Assembly (NCBI RefSeq): GCF_000306885.1
Contig: NC_018267.1
Location: 720,001 to 752,000 of the forward strand
Direction of reading: 5' to 3'
DNA from: Wolbachia endosymbiont of Onchocerca ochengi
GTDB taxonomy: Bacteria > Pseudomonadota > Alphaproteobacteria > Rickettsiales > Anaplasmataceae
DNA: 32,000 nucleotides
Positions 19,375 to 28,758 of the stretch are shown here, one piece after another. Positions within the stretch are counted from its first letter, which is position 1; every line of letters begins with the position of its first letter. The notes under the pieces were generated by a model. It did no database searches. It was not told the origin of the DNA and saw only the letters and a program-made list of their open reading frames with translations. The position numbers and the translations under genes are program-made.

Positions 19375-20235
19375 TCAGTTTATCACTCTGTCTAAAAGAA
19401 TGCTGGAAAAAAGCAGTAGCCCCACGTAAGAATTGTTTTTGAATATGGACATACATTGACTAGGGTTATCAAGATTAAGATTTTTATATTGGTAGTAAAA
19501 CATGAATCCTATAGCAAGTAGAGCAATATAAAAAATGTTATTTAATGATGATAAGATACCAGCACATAGCCACATCATAAGAGAAATTAGATAAAACTTT
19601 TTTAACCAGCATTTTGTTGCATTACCAAAATGCAATGCAGTTGACTTTATTCCTAATTTTTCATCATCTCTCTTATCTTGATGAGCATATATAGTGTCGT
19701 AGCTCAGCGTCCAAAAGATGCATCCTGTATAAAAGAGTACAGGTTCTATACTGATCTTGTTTTTTACTACCGTCCAACCCATGAGTGATCCCATATTAAA
19801 AGTAAATCCTAGAAACAACTGTGGCCACCAAACATGACGTTTTAATAAGGGATAAATAATTATCATACATATAGAGATTATTCCCAACATAAGCGTAGTT
19901 TTATTGGTGAGTAATAGGATTACCAGTGCAATAGATAATAACAGGGAAAGTAAAGCCAAGGCTTGCTTTACGTTTAATGCATCGCTTGCAAGTGGTCTAT
20001 GCTTTGTTCGCTCAACATGTATATCTATTTCTTTATCAAGAATGTCATTGATTACGCAACCTGCAGACCTCATTAAAAATGAGCCTATAGTGAACAAGAT
20101 AAAGAGGAAAAAAGTCTGCCATGATATAGAAGTTGAGGCTAGAGTAATACCACTTAAACTCGGAAATAATATAAGCCATAAACCTGTTAAACTATGCAAC
20201 CTAATCAATAAAAAGTAGTGATTGAAATGCATCAA
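19375..20235 (-). CDS. ubiA: 4-hydroxybenzoate polyprenyltransferase
   Basis: 286-aa membrane ORF with prenyltransferase motifs SAGCVINDILDKEIDIHVERTKHRPLAS and YDTIYAHQDKRDDEKLGIKSTALHFG. Start is TTG at 20235 or ATG at 20232. Confidence 0.95.
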   Translation of the reverse strand: MMHFNHYFLLIRLHSLTGLWLILFPSLSGITLASTSISWQTFFLFILFTIGSFLMRSAGCVINDILDKEIDIHVERTKHRPLASDALNVKQALALLSLLLSIALVILLLTNKTTLMLGIISICMIIIYPLLKRHVWWPQLFLGFTFNMGSLMGWTVVKNKISIEPVLFYTGCIFWTLSYDTIYAHQDKRDDEKLGIKSTALHFGNATKCWLKKFYLISLMMWLCAGILSSLNNIFYIALLAIGFMFYYQYKNLNLDNPSQCMSIFKNNSYVGLLLFSSILLDRVIN

Positions 20236-20583
20236 TTAAGTGTGATTACTTAGTATTTTGTTTACATTAATAAAATTATCGAATGCTAAGTCAGGTTTAA
20301 AAACTAACTTAGGTACAAACCGTAAATTAACATAACACAATATAGATTTGTGTATTAACCATGCAGATTGGTTAACTTCATTAATAATAGTATTAGTACT
20401 GTAATTTTTTTCGTTTAATGAAGATGACACGATATATACATCCGCTTTTTTAAAATCTTTACTTAATTTTACGTAAGATACTATTATACCCTTATTACTG
20501 TACACTTTACCTTTCATTAAGATTCTAGATATTGCTCTATGCAATACAGATGCTATTTTCAGTCTTCTAATTTCTTTTTTCAT
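20236..20583 (-). CDS. rbfA: Ribosome-binding factor A
   Basis: 115-aa ORF; RIASVLHRAISRILMKG, VSYVKLSKDFKKADVYI, LRFVPKLVFKPDLAFDNFINVNKIL; immediately downstream of infB. Confidence 0.93.
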   Translation of the reverse strand: MKKEIRRLKIASVLHRAISRILMKGKVYSNKGIIVSYVKLSKDFKKADVYIVSSSLNEKNYSTNTIINEVNQSAWLIHKSILCYVNLRFVPKLVFKPDLAFDNFINVNKILSNHT

Positions 20584-20592
20584 ACTTGACTA

Positions 20593-22911
20593 CTATAATA
20601 TCCTTTCTTCCTGAACTAATTGATAAACTTCTAGAATATCTCCAACTTTAACATCGACATTACCATCAAGAGACATTCCACACTCAAAATCTGTAACTAC
20701 TTCTTTAACATCATCTTTAAATCTACGTAAAGCTTTTAACTTTCCTTTGCATATTAATTTACTGTTGCGCATTACCTTAATTAAAGAATCCTTTTTTGCG
20801 ACTCCATCACTTATATAACATCCAATGATATTGCTAGCTTTAGATGTACTAAATATCTGCCTCACAGATGCAGAGCCAATACGTACTTCTCGTGTTATAG
20901 GCTTCAATATTTTAGTTAAGTACATTTTCATATCATCAATAAGTTCGTATATTATATTATAAGTGTGTATCTCTACACCTTTTTGTTTTGCCATATCTCT
21001 TATTTTTGAATCTGTTTTAACGTTAAACGCTAAAATTATTGCATTTGATGCTTCTGCAAGCAGTACATCTGAATCTGTTATTCCCCCTACTGCTTTGTGT
21101 AGGATATTTAATTTTACTTGATTTTTACTGAGTTTATTAATTGAATTTAATATTGCTTCAATAGAACCAGTAACATCGCACTTTAAAAGTAAAGATATCT
21201 CTTCTATCTTGCTATCGCCATGATTAAATATATTTGGATTATTATCGTTTGAATTTCCTTTCTTTTTTCTGACTAGATCTAATCTGTACTCAATAATTTC
21301 ACGGGTCTGCTTTTCAGAACTTACAACGACAAACTTATCTCCAGCGTTTGGTATACCGTTTAGACCGGTAATTTCAACTGCAGTGGAAGGTAGAGCTATA
21401 TTTTCTCTTTCTCCAAAATGATTGACCATATTGCGTACTTTGCCATATGTTGTGCCTAGTACTAATATATCACCAACCTTTAGCGTTCCTTCTTCAACTA
21501 TTAATGTTGCTGATATTCCTTTAGCTTTATCAATTTTAGATTCTATCACCCACCCAAGTGCTCGACAATCTTCTATTGCTTCAAGTTTCATTAACTCAGC
21601 AACTAACAAGATTGCTTCTTCTAACTTATCTAAGTTAATTCTCTTTTTTGCTGATATCGGTACAACTATAACGTCACCACCAAGTTCCTCAGGGATGAGG
21701 CCATACCTAGGTAAACTACTAATTATCCTCTCTACATCTCCAGGCTGTGACCTATCAATTTTGTTAATAGCAACTATGATAGAAACATTTGCAGACTTTG
21801 CATGATTTATAGCTTCAATTGTTTGTTTCATCACCCCATCATCGGCTGCAATCACTATTACGACTATGTCGGTAATGTTGGCACCACATGCACGCATTGC
21901 AGTGAACGCTTCATGCCCTGGTGTATCAATAAAAGTAATTTTCTGTTTATTTTTTGTAACTATCTGATAAGCACCTATATGTTGAGTTATTCCACCTGAT
22001 TCTTTTTCTGCGATATTAGAGTCACGAAATGCATCAAGCAATGAGGTTTTACCATGATCAACATGTCCCATAAATGTAACGACCGGTGGCTTGGGTTTTT
22101 TAGGTAAGCTTTTCTTATTTTCTACAAATAATAAATCCCTTTCCTTGTCAACATTACTTACTCGTTTAGCTACATGATTGAATTTCTCTACTATTTTACA
22201 TGCTATATCTGGATTCACGAAATCATCCACTTTGCAAGACTCACCTATTTCTTCTTCTAACATTTTTAGCACACCTTTGCTCTCCTCTGCCATACGAATA
22301 GATAACTCTTTAATTGTAATCTTATCTGGTATAATAACTTCCCTTGATATATTCTTACCTTTGATAAACTTTGACCTTTTATTTCTTATGCCAAACCTTT
22401 GTTTGAACACTAAAGTTTGTTCAACTTTATCGTCTATTGACTGTGCAATTATTAGCTTAGAATATTTAGAATATACATCTTTATTAGTCTTTAAGGACTT
22501 TTTATTAACGAATTCGTCATCAATTCTCTCTTCCATCAGCTTAACTAAGCTAACACCACTTGAGCCTTTTTCTTTATTCTCTTTAAGTAAAGAGCATGAA
22601 ATGCTATCTTCATCAATTTTCCTATTATTATCTTCTTTCGTAATTACTTCCTTTTCTTTCTTTAGGTTTTTCTCTTTTAGCAAAACAGCATTTTGTACGG
22701 CATTAATACGAAAAATCTGCTCTTTTTCTGTTAAGGAGCCTAGTTTACTCTCGCTTTGCCCTTCTGGCTCACGGATTTTTCTTCTTCTTTTTTTTACTAT
22801 TGTAGCCCCTATATTTGGACTTACTGGATAACTTAAATCAAGACCAAATTTAAGCTTGTTAAAGCCTTGAAGTGTTAGTTTCTTACTACTGATACCTTCT
22901 TCATTATTCAT
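20593..22911 (-). CDS. infB: Translation initiation factor IF-2
   Basis: 772-aa ORF; [62 protein letters not shown]. Confidence 0.98.
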   Translation of the reverse strand: MNNEEGISSKKLTLQGFNKLKFGLDLSYPVSPNIGATIVKKRRRKIREPEGQSESKLGSLTEKEQIFRINAVQNAVLLKEKNLKKEKEVITKEDNNRKIDEDSISCSLLKENKEKGSSGVSLVKLMEERIDDEFVNKKSLKTNKDVYSKYSKLIIAQSIDDKVEQTLVFKQRFGIRNKRSKFIKGKNISREVIIPDKITIKELSIRMAEESKGVLKMLEEEIGESCKVDDFVNPDIACKIVEKFNHVAKRVSNVDKERDLLFVENKKSLPKKPKPPVVTFMGHVDHGKTSLLDAFRDSNIAEKESGGITQHIGAYQIVTKNKQKITFIDTPGHEAFTAMRACGANITDIVVIVIAADDGVMKQTIEAINHAKSANVSIIVAINKIDRSQPGDVERIISSLPRYGLIPEELGGDVIVVPISAKKRINLDKLEEAILLVAELMKLEAIEDCRALGWVIESKIDKAKGISATLIVEEGTLKVGDILVLGTTYGKVRNMVNHFGERENIALPSTAVEITGLNGIPNAGDKFVVVSSEKQTREIIEYRLDLVRKKKGNSNDNNPNIFNHGDSKIEEISLLLKCDVTGSIEAILNSINKLSKNQVKLNILHKAVGGITDSDVLLAEASNAIILAFNVKTDSKIRDMAKQKGVEIHTYNIIYELIDDMKMYLTKILKPITREVRIGSASVRQIFSTSKASNIIGCYISDGVAKKDSLIKVMRNSKLICKGKLKALRRFKDDVKEVVTDFECGMSLDGNVDVKVGDILEVYQLVQEERIL

Positions 22912-22920
22912 ATCATTTTG

Positions 22921-24483
22921 TTATATTACACCTAGCTTCTTGCGTGCTTCCATGATTATTAAGTCTGCTGTATCTTTCAAATCTTTTTTACTGTTTTCTG
23001 AATTAGAAAGTATACTGCAAAACTCATAACTCGATAAATCTGCTATACTATCTAATGTTTTAATACCATGTTTGCTGAGAGCAATTTTACCATCTATTGA
23101 TAAAGGTAGGTTGATTACATCATCTTCCATACCTGAAGCTTTTAGCTCTTCTATTCTTTTATCATTTTTTACCTTTAGGTACTTGGCTGCTCTGCTACGT
23201 AGTTCATTTGCAATATCCTCATTAAAGCCTTCTATTGAAGCAAGTTCTTTAATTGAAGCATCGGATATATCTTCTACGCTTGAAAAGCCTTCTGTAACTA
23301 ACAATTGACCCATGATCTCTTCTAAATTTAAAGCTTCAGCAAACAGAGCTGAACATTGATTAAGCTCTTTACTCCGCCTTTCTGACTCTTGCTGAGTACT
23401 CAGTATTTCAATCTTCCATCCAACAAGCTCTGAGGCTAATCTTACATTTTGACCTTTTTTTCCTATAGCTAAGCTCAACTGATCTTCATGAACTATTAAC
23501 TCTACGCAATTTTCATTTTCATCAATAATAACCTTTGATACTTCTGCAGGAGTAATTGCTTTAATAACAAACTGGCCCAGGTCTGAAGAGTAGTGTATGA
23601 CATCAATCTTTTCTCCATTTAATTCATGTATTATAGTTTTTATCCTTTCTCCCTTAACTCCGACACAAGCACCTACTGGATCAATATTTTTATCAGGAGA
23701 AAAAACAGCAACTTTAGATCTTGAACCAGCATCTCTAGCTATGCCTTTAATTATCACTAACCCATCAGCAATTTCCGGTATTTCTTGATTTAGCAATGCC
23801 TCTAAAAAACCTTCATGGGCTCTAGAAAGAATAATTTGACGTCCGTCATCAGAACGCTTAACAGTTTGTATATAAGCTTTAACCTTATCACCTTCGCGAA
23901 ATGATTCACCACCAATTAAATTTCGAAATGGAAGGTATGCCCTCGTACCATTTATATCTATAATCAAGTCTGAATATTCTACTTGCTTAACAACACCATA
24001 TCTTATCTCTCCTACTTTATCCCTAAATTCTCCATATTCTTTCTTTAATTCTTCATATTTAATTACTTGAGCAATTCTTTGTTGGGCAATTCTTGCTGAA
24101 GCAAGATCAGTATTAAGAGAGAGCAATTCATTAATGGTATCTCCAACTTTTGCATCTTCCTTTATTAACTTAGCCTGCGTAAGAGTAATTGATTCATATC
24201 CAGAATTTCCCTCTATATTTGGCTTATCATCAATGACCTTTAATTCTCTGTATGAAATAACCTTTCCTGTGTTTCTATCTATATTAACTACAATTTTATT
24301 CTTACTACCGTATTTTTGATAAGCAACTGCTTCTATTGCACTTTCTAATGCCTTTATTATCACTTCAAAATCTAGACCTTTCTGAAGTGAAAGTTCCGCT
24401 GCTGTTTTTATTATATCAATGCTCCCAACTAAGTCACCTTTGTCACTTTTCTGTTTAGTACTACTCTTACGATTAGCAATCAT
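22921..24483 (-). CDS. nusA: Transcription termination/antitermination protein NusA
   Basis: 520-aa ORF; RDAGSRSKVAVFSPDKNIDPVGACVGVKGERIKTIIHELNGEKIDVI, DQLSLAIGKKGQNVRLASELVGWKIEI. Confidence 0.97.
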   Translation of the reverse strand: MIANRKSSTKQKSDKGDLVGSIDIIKTAAELSLQKGLDFEVIIKALESAIEAVAYQKYGSKNKIVVNIDRNTGKVISYRELKVIDDKPNIEGNSGYESITLTQAKLIKEDAKVGDTINELLSLNTDLASARIAQQRIAQVIKYEELKKEYGEFRDKVGEIRYGVVKQVEYSDLIIDINGTRAYLPFRNLIGGESFREGDKVKAYIQTVKRSDDGRQIILSRAHEGFLEALLNQEIPEIADGLVIIKGIARDAGSRSKVAVFSPDKNIDPVGACVGVKGERIKTIIHELNGEKIDVIHYSSDLGQFVIKAITPAEVSKVIIDENENCVELIVHEDQLSLAIGKKGQNVRLASELVGWKIEILSTQQESERRSKELNQCSALFAEALNLEEIMGQLLVTEGFSSVEDISDASIKELASIEGFNEDIANELRSRAAKYLKVKNDKRIEELKASGMEDDVINLPLSIDGKIALSKHGIKTLDSIADLSSYEFCSILSNSENSKKDLKDTADLIIMEARKKLGVI

Positions 24484-24545
24484 ACAAATAAATCCTATAC
24501 AATCAGTTATAACTATATCTTTAATGGAAAGAAACGCTATTTCTA

Positions 24546-24573
24546 ATAGTAAATAATTACTAATTTAAGTCAA
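24546..24573 (-). promoter_or_regulatory. Putative promoter for the nusA-infB-rbfA-ubiA cluster
   Basis: Minus strand TTGACT (24568-24573) - 16 nt - TACTAT (24546-24551), about 63 nt upstream of nusA. The -10 is weak. Confidence 0.35.
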
Positions 24574-25506
24574 GTTTTTTCATATCTTTATATTACAAGC
24601 AATGCAAGAATAAAAATAAGGTTAAAACTGCTTGCAGTTAATATTCCGCATGCCATAATCATTTAGAATGTCAACTTTATTACCGCTTGATGGCGTGTCA
24701 TATATAATTTGTAATGAAAAAAAATTAATATTTAGCTTAGTAACTATTACTATCACAAAGCATTAAGTAATAGTATATTATGTTTCACCACTATAATTTT
24801 TCCAACTAAAGCAATTCTCCTACCACACATATAACAATTATAAGAACTTTATTAACAAGGAAGAAAATAAAAAACTTACATGTATAGATAAAAATATTGC
24901 TGTCATTACAATAAATGTATGATGTACACTATTAAAATATATCAATGATACTAATGTTATTAATATAGTTCTTAATATAGGAAAAGTCTCTAACAAAAAA
25001 ACTGACGAATCTTTGCTAATTTCTTTTATTAACTTCAAAATTAACCTTTAGCTACTAGAACCTGTAATCCTTTGCCTCTTTTATGAAACCTAAGTTCACT
25101 CTTTATTGAAAGAGCTGATAGCTTTTCACTATCTTCAACGAAAATTCTAAAAAGTTCAATAAACACACTTAACTATAGGAATTTGTATGTCATGGTTGCT
25201 TTCATCTGATGCCTTTTATAGATAATATATGAACTAAAAATAAAATCACTATTGTCATATTTTTTCTACAAGCAAGCTTTTCATATTAATTCTTTATTGA
25301 ATATTCATACTTTTGTGAACAGTGTATCCGAAGTGCATTATATATTAATTAACTCTTACAAAAAGATTCTACATGTTAGCTATAGTATAATATTTAAGGG
25401 TTGCTGTGAATGCAATTTTAAATATGATAAAAGGCAAAAGTAAAATAAGTTGAATCTATTTTAGCTAAAATTTTAATCTTTTAAAAACAAGAAGAATATC
25501 TGTAAA

Positions 25507-28500
25507 TCAACCTAAACACATAAGCTTAGTATTGCCACCAAATGCTGTAGTATTGATACTTATAACCTTTTCTGTAGAAAAACGTTGCAAATAATCAGGA
25601 CCACCAGCTTTTGGTCCAGTGCCGGATAATCCCCTACCGCCAAATGGTTGTACGCCAACTACTGCACCTATCTGATTGCGATTTATGTACACATTTCCAA
25701 CTGATACTTTCTTACTTATTAAATTGATTTGGCTTTGTATGCGGCTCTGTAAAGAAAACGTAAGTCCATGTCCTGTGCTGTTTATATCATTTATAACCTC
25801 ACTTAATTGAGACTTGTCAAAGCGTATGATATGCAAAATTGGACCGAATATTTCCTCCTTTAATTGCGAAATTTTCTGCACCTCATAAATATATGGGGGA
25901 AAGAAATAACCACTATGAGAATTTATACTTATGGGTACTTTAGATAAAAGGTTTGAATTTTTGTCCATTGACATCTTTTCTGTGTATTTAGTTAGCATGT
26001 CAACAGATGCTTTATCAATTATCGGACCAACATCAGTGCTAAGCTGCATTGGATCACCAATCTTTAATTCTTGAGCCGCATCGCATATCATCTTTATCTG
26101 TTTTTCTGCTATATCATCTTGAATAAATAGCACTCTAAGAGCAGAACAGCGTTGACCGCTACTTCGAAATGCGGAAAGTAAAACGTCTGAAGTTACTTGT
26201 TCTAGGAGAGCTGAGCTGTCGACAATCATAGCATTTAGTCCACCAGTTTCAGCGATAAGCGGTACAATAGGACCATCTCTGCTAGCAAGCATTCTATTAA
26301 TTACCTGAGCAGTTTGTATTGAACCAGTAAAAGCTACACCGGAAATTCTATTATCTGGTACCAATATCTTACTTAAGTACTGACCGTCTCCTGGAATAAG
26401 ATGCAGTACATTTTTAGGTATTTTAGCTTCGTGCAGTATTCTAACAGCTTCATAAGCAATAATTGGTGTTTGCTTCGCTGGCTTTGCCAGCACCACATTA
26501 CCTGCTGCAAGTGCAGCTGAAACTTGTCCAATAAAGATAGAAAGTGGAAAGCTCCACGGTGATATACATAAAAAAACTCCTCTACCTTCAAAAAAAATGA
26601 AATTATCTTCACCCGTTGGACCTGATAACTTTTTCCAGTTATTCAGTTTATTTTTTGCTATCATTGCATAGTAACGTAAAAAATCAACTGCCTCTCTTAC
26701 TTCTGCTACTGCATCAGGTAAAATCTTTCCTGTTTCCACAATCAGAATGTAAATCAGCTTTTTCATTCTTTCTTCAAGTAAATCTGCAGCTCTTTCAAGG
26801 TACTCAGCACGTTCTTCTGCTGAAACATTCTGCCACTTAGCAAAAGCATTATGTGCTATTTCGAGAGCGTTCAAAGCCTGATTATTTGTTGTATTAGACA
26901 CTTTCCCGATTATATTTTCTAAATGTGCTGGATTAACTACTTTGGTAGACTCAGTACTGTCAAATAGTAACTCTCCGTTAATTACCGGTCCAACTTGCCA
27001 TTTCTTTTTGCTAAGTTCTTTCATATCATTTGCAAGTTGTGAAATTGTAACTGAATCACTAATATCAATACCTAAGGAATTCTTTCTTTCCTTTCCAAAA
27101 ATATCTTGTGGCAACGGAATGCTTGGATGAGGTTCGTACTCTAAGCTTTTAGCTTTTTCTAATGGATCTGAAATTAACTCTTCAATTTTAATATTGGAAT
27201 CATTTATTTGATGAACAAATGAACTGTTAGCTCCATTTTCAAGAAGGCGTCTAATAAGGTACGGCAATAAATCACTATGTTTGCCAATTGGAGCATATAC
27301 ACGGCAATTAATACTTGTTGCAAGTTCTGACATTGCATAATCATACAAGCGCTTACCCATTCCATGTAAGCGCTGAAACTCAAATCCAGGGTGGTTTTTG
27401 TCAGCAAGTTCCATTATAGTAGCAAAAGTATAAGCGTTATGAGTTCCAAAGCATGGATAAAAATGACTTGCTTTGTTTAAAAGTTTCTGTGCGCAGGCAA
27501 GGTAGCACACATCTGTATAGCTTTTTCTAGTAAACACTGGATACCCAATTAATCCTAATTCCTGCGTGTGCTTAATTTCTGAGTCCCAATATGCTCCTTT
27601 CACAAGCTTTACCATAATTTTATGTTTTGATCGAATAGCAATATCTTCAATAAAATCAAGAACAGATAAAGCACGTTTTTGATATGCTTGTACAGCAAAA
27701 CCAAGTCCATTCCACTGAGAAAGCGATTCATCAAGACGTAATTGCTCGAATAAGACTAATGACATCTCGAGTCTTTCTGATTCTTCTGCATCTATACACA
27801 ATGAAATGTTATATTTCTTTGCTTCATGACAAAGCTTCAATACTTTAATTCTTAGTTCTTCAGCTACATTATCAAATTGGCTGAATTCATAACGTGGGTG
27901 TAATGAAGACAACTTGATCGAAATTCCATGAGATTTAAAGCAATTACTAGTATCAGTAGACACGCCTATGGTTTTTATTGAATGCATACAAGAATTAAAA
28001 TATTCTTCTGCATTCTCAGCTGTGCAAACAGTTTTACCAATCATATCAAAAGAGCATAAATATCTGCTGTGATCATCTAACTTTATACTTTCTAATGCTT
28101 TTTCTATACTCTCTCCAATGATAAAGTGCTTACCAAGCATTAACATCGCTTGTTTTACTGCTTTACGGATTACTGGCTCCCCTAAATTTTTAAGTAACCT
28201 AGAAATTGCATGATAGAATTTTGGATCTTCTCTGTTTCTTTTCAGAATATTGCTTCCTATTACTAAACTCCACGTAGAAGCATTGATAAACAATGAAGAA
28301 GAACGCCCTAAGTGCTTACTCCATTCTTGATTAGCAATTTTATCTTTGATTAGTTGGTTTATTGTATAATCGTCTGGTATTCTAAGTAGTGATTCAACAA
28401 TACACATTAGCGCCACTCCTTCATCATTGGAAAATGAGTACTGTTGCATAAAAGAATCTATGATACCTAGCTTGCTACCTTTAATTTTCTCGATAACTTG

Positions 28501-28647
28501 TTTTGCAATATTGTAAATTCTGTTTCTCGAATCAGCCGAAAGTTCTATCTTTTCTACAAGATAACGCATACAGTTTCTTTCGTCAGTACGATAAAACCCC
28601 TGCAAACGCTTTCGCAGTTCGTTAGGTTCTTGTATAGAACTGATCAT
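25507..28647 (-). CDS. putA: Bifunctional proline dehydrogenase / L-glutamate gamma-semialdehyde dehydrogenase
   Basis: 1046-aa ORF; PRODH half with GISIKLSSLHPRYE and MVKLVKGAYWDSEIKHTQELG; ALDH half with ISPWSFPLSIFIGQVSAALAAGNVVLAKPAKQTP, AETGGLNAMIVDSSAL, SSGQRCSALRVLFI (catalytic Cys) and QPFGGRGLSGTGPKAGG. Confidence 0.97.
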   Translation of the reverse strand: MISSIQEPNELRKRLQGFYRTDERNCMRYLVEKIELSADSRNRIYNIAKQVIEKIKGSKLGIIDSFMQQYSFSNDEGVALMCIVESLLRIPDDYTINQLIKDKIANQEWSKHLGRSSSLFINASTWSLVIGSNILKRNREDPKFYHAISRLLKNLGEPVIRKAVKQAMLMLGKHFIIGESIEKALESIKLDDHSRYLCSFDMIGKTVCTAENAEEYFNSCMHSIKTIGVSTDTSNCFKSHGISIKLSSLHPRYEFSQFDNVAEELRIKVLKLCHEAKKYNISLCIDAEESERLEMSLVLFEQLRLDESLSQWNGLGFAVQAYQKRALSVLDFIEDIAIRSKHKIMVKLVKGAYWDSEIKHTQELGLIGYPVFTRKSYTDVCYLACAQKLLNKASHFYPCFGTHNAYTFATIMELADKNHPGFEFQRLHGMGKRLYDYAMSELATSINCRVYAPIGKHSDLLPYLIRRLLENGANSSFVHQINDSNIKIEELISDPLEKAKSLEYEPHPSIPLPQDIFGKERKNSLGIDISDSVTISQLANDMKELSKKKWQVGPVINGELLFDSTESTKVVNPAHLENIIGKVSNTTNNQALNALEIAHNAFAKWQNVSAEERAEYLERAADLLEERMKKLIYILIVETGKILPDAVAEVREAVDFLRYYAMIAKNKLNNWKKLSGPTGEDNFIFFEGRGVFLCISPWSFPLSIFIGQVSAALAAGNVVLAKPAKQTPIIAYEAVRILHEAKIPKNVLHLIPGDGQYLSKILVPDNRISGVAFTGSIQTAQVINRMLASRDGPIVPLIAETGGLNAMIVDSSALLEQVTSDVLLSAFRSSGQRCSALRVLFIQDDIAEKQIKMICDAAQELKIGDPMQLSTDVGPIIDKASVDMLTKYTEKMSMDKNSNLLSKVPISINSHSGYFFPPYIYEVQKISQLKEEIFGPILHIIRFDKSQLSEVINDINSTGHGLTFSLQSRIQSQINLISKKVSVGNVYINRNQIGAVVGVQPFGGRGLSGTGPKAGGPDYLQRFSTEKVISINTTAFGGNTKLMCLG

Positions 28648-28758
28648 AATTACCTATAAAACACCTTTACTATATAAGGCAAAATTATACCATAACTCCG
28701 CATATAATAAACCTTTATTTATATAAAAGGCTAGAACCGAATAAAGAAAGTTTAGTAA

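Noticed and set aside
21422-22831. Plus-strand ORFs of 127, 65 and 217 aa opposite infB
   Set aside because: Antisense to infB. The 217-aa sequence derives from complement of the low-complexity K/E-rich IF-2 N-terminal region.
23072-24319. Three plus-strand ORFs opposite nusA
   Set aside because: Antisense shadows of nusA.
24838-25443. ORFs 24838..25038 (-) and 25252..25443 (+)
   Set aside because: Short, hydrophobic/low-complexity translations with no family recognition in AT-rich spacer.
26373-27407. ORFs overlapping putA on both strands in alternate frames
   Set aside because: Overlap the full-length putA frame, which has unambiguous motifs.
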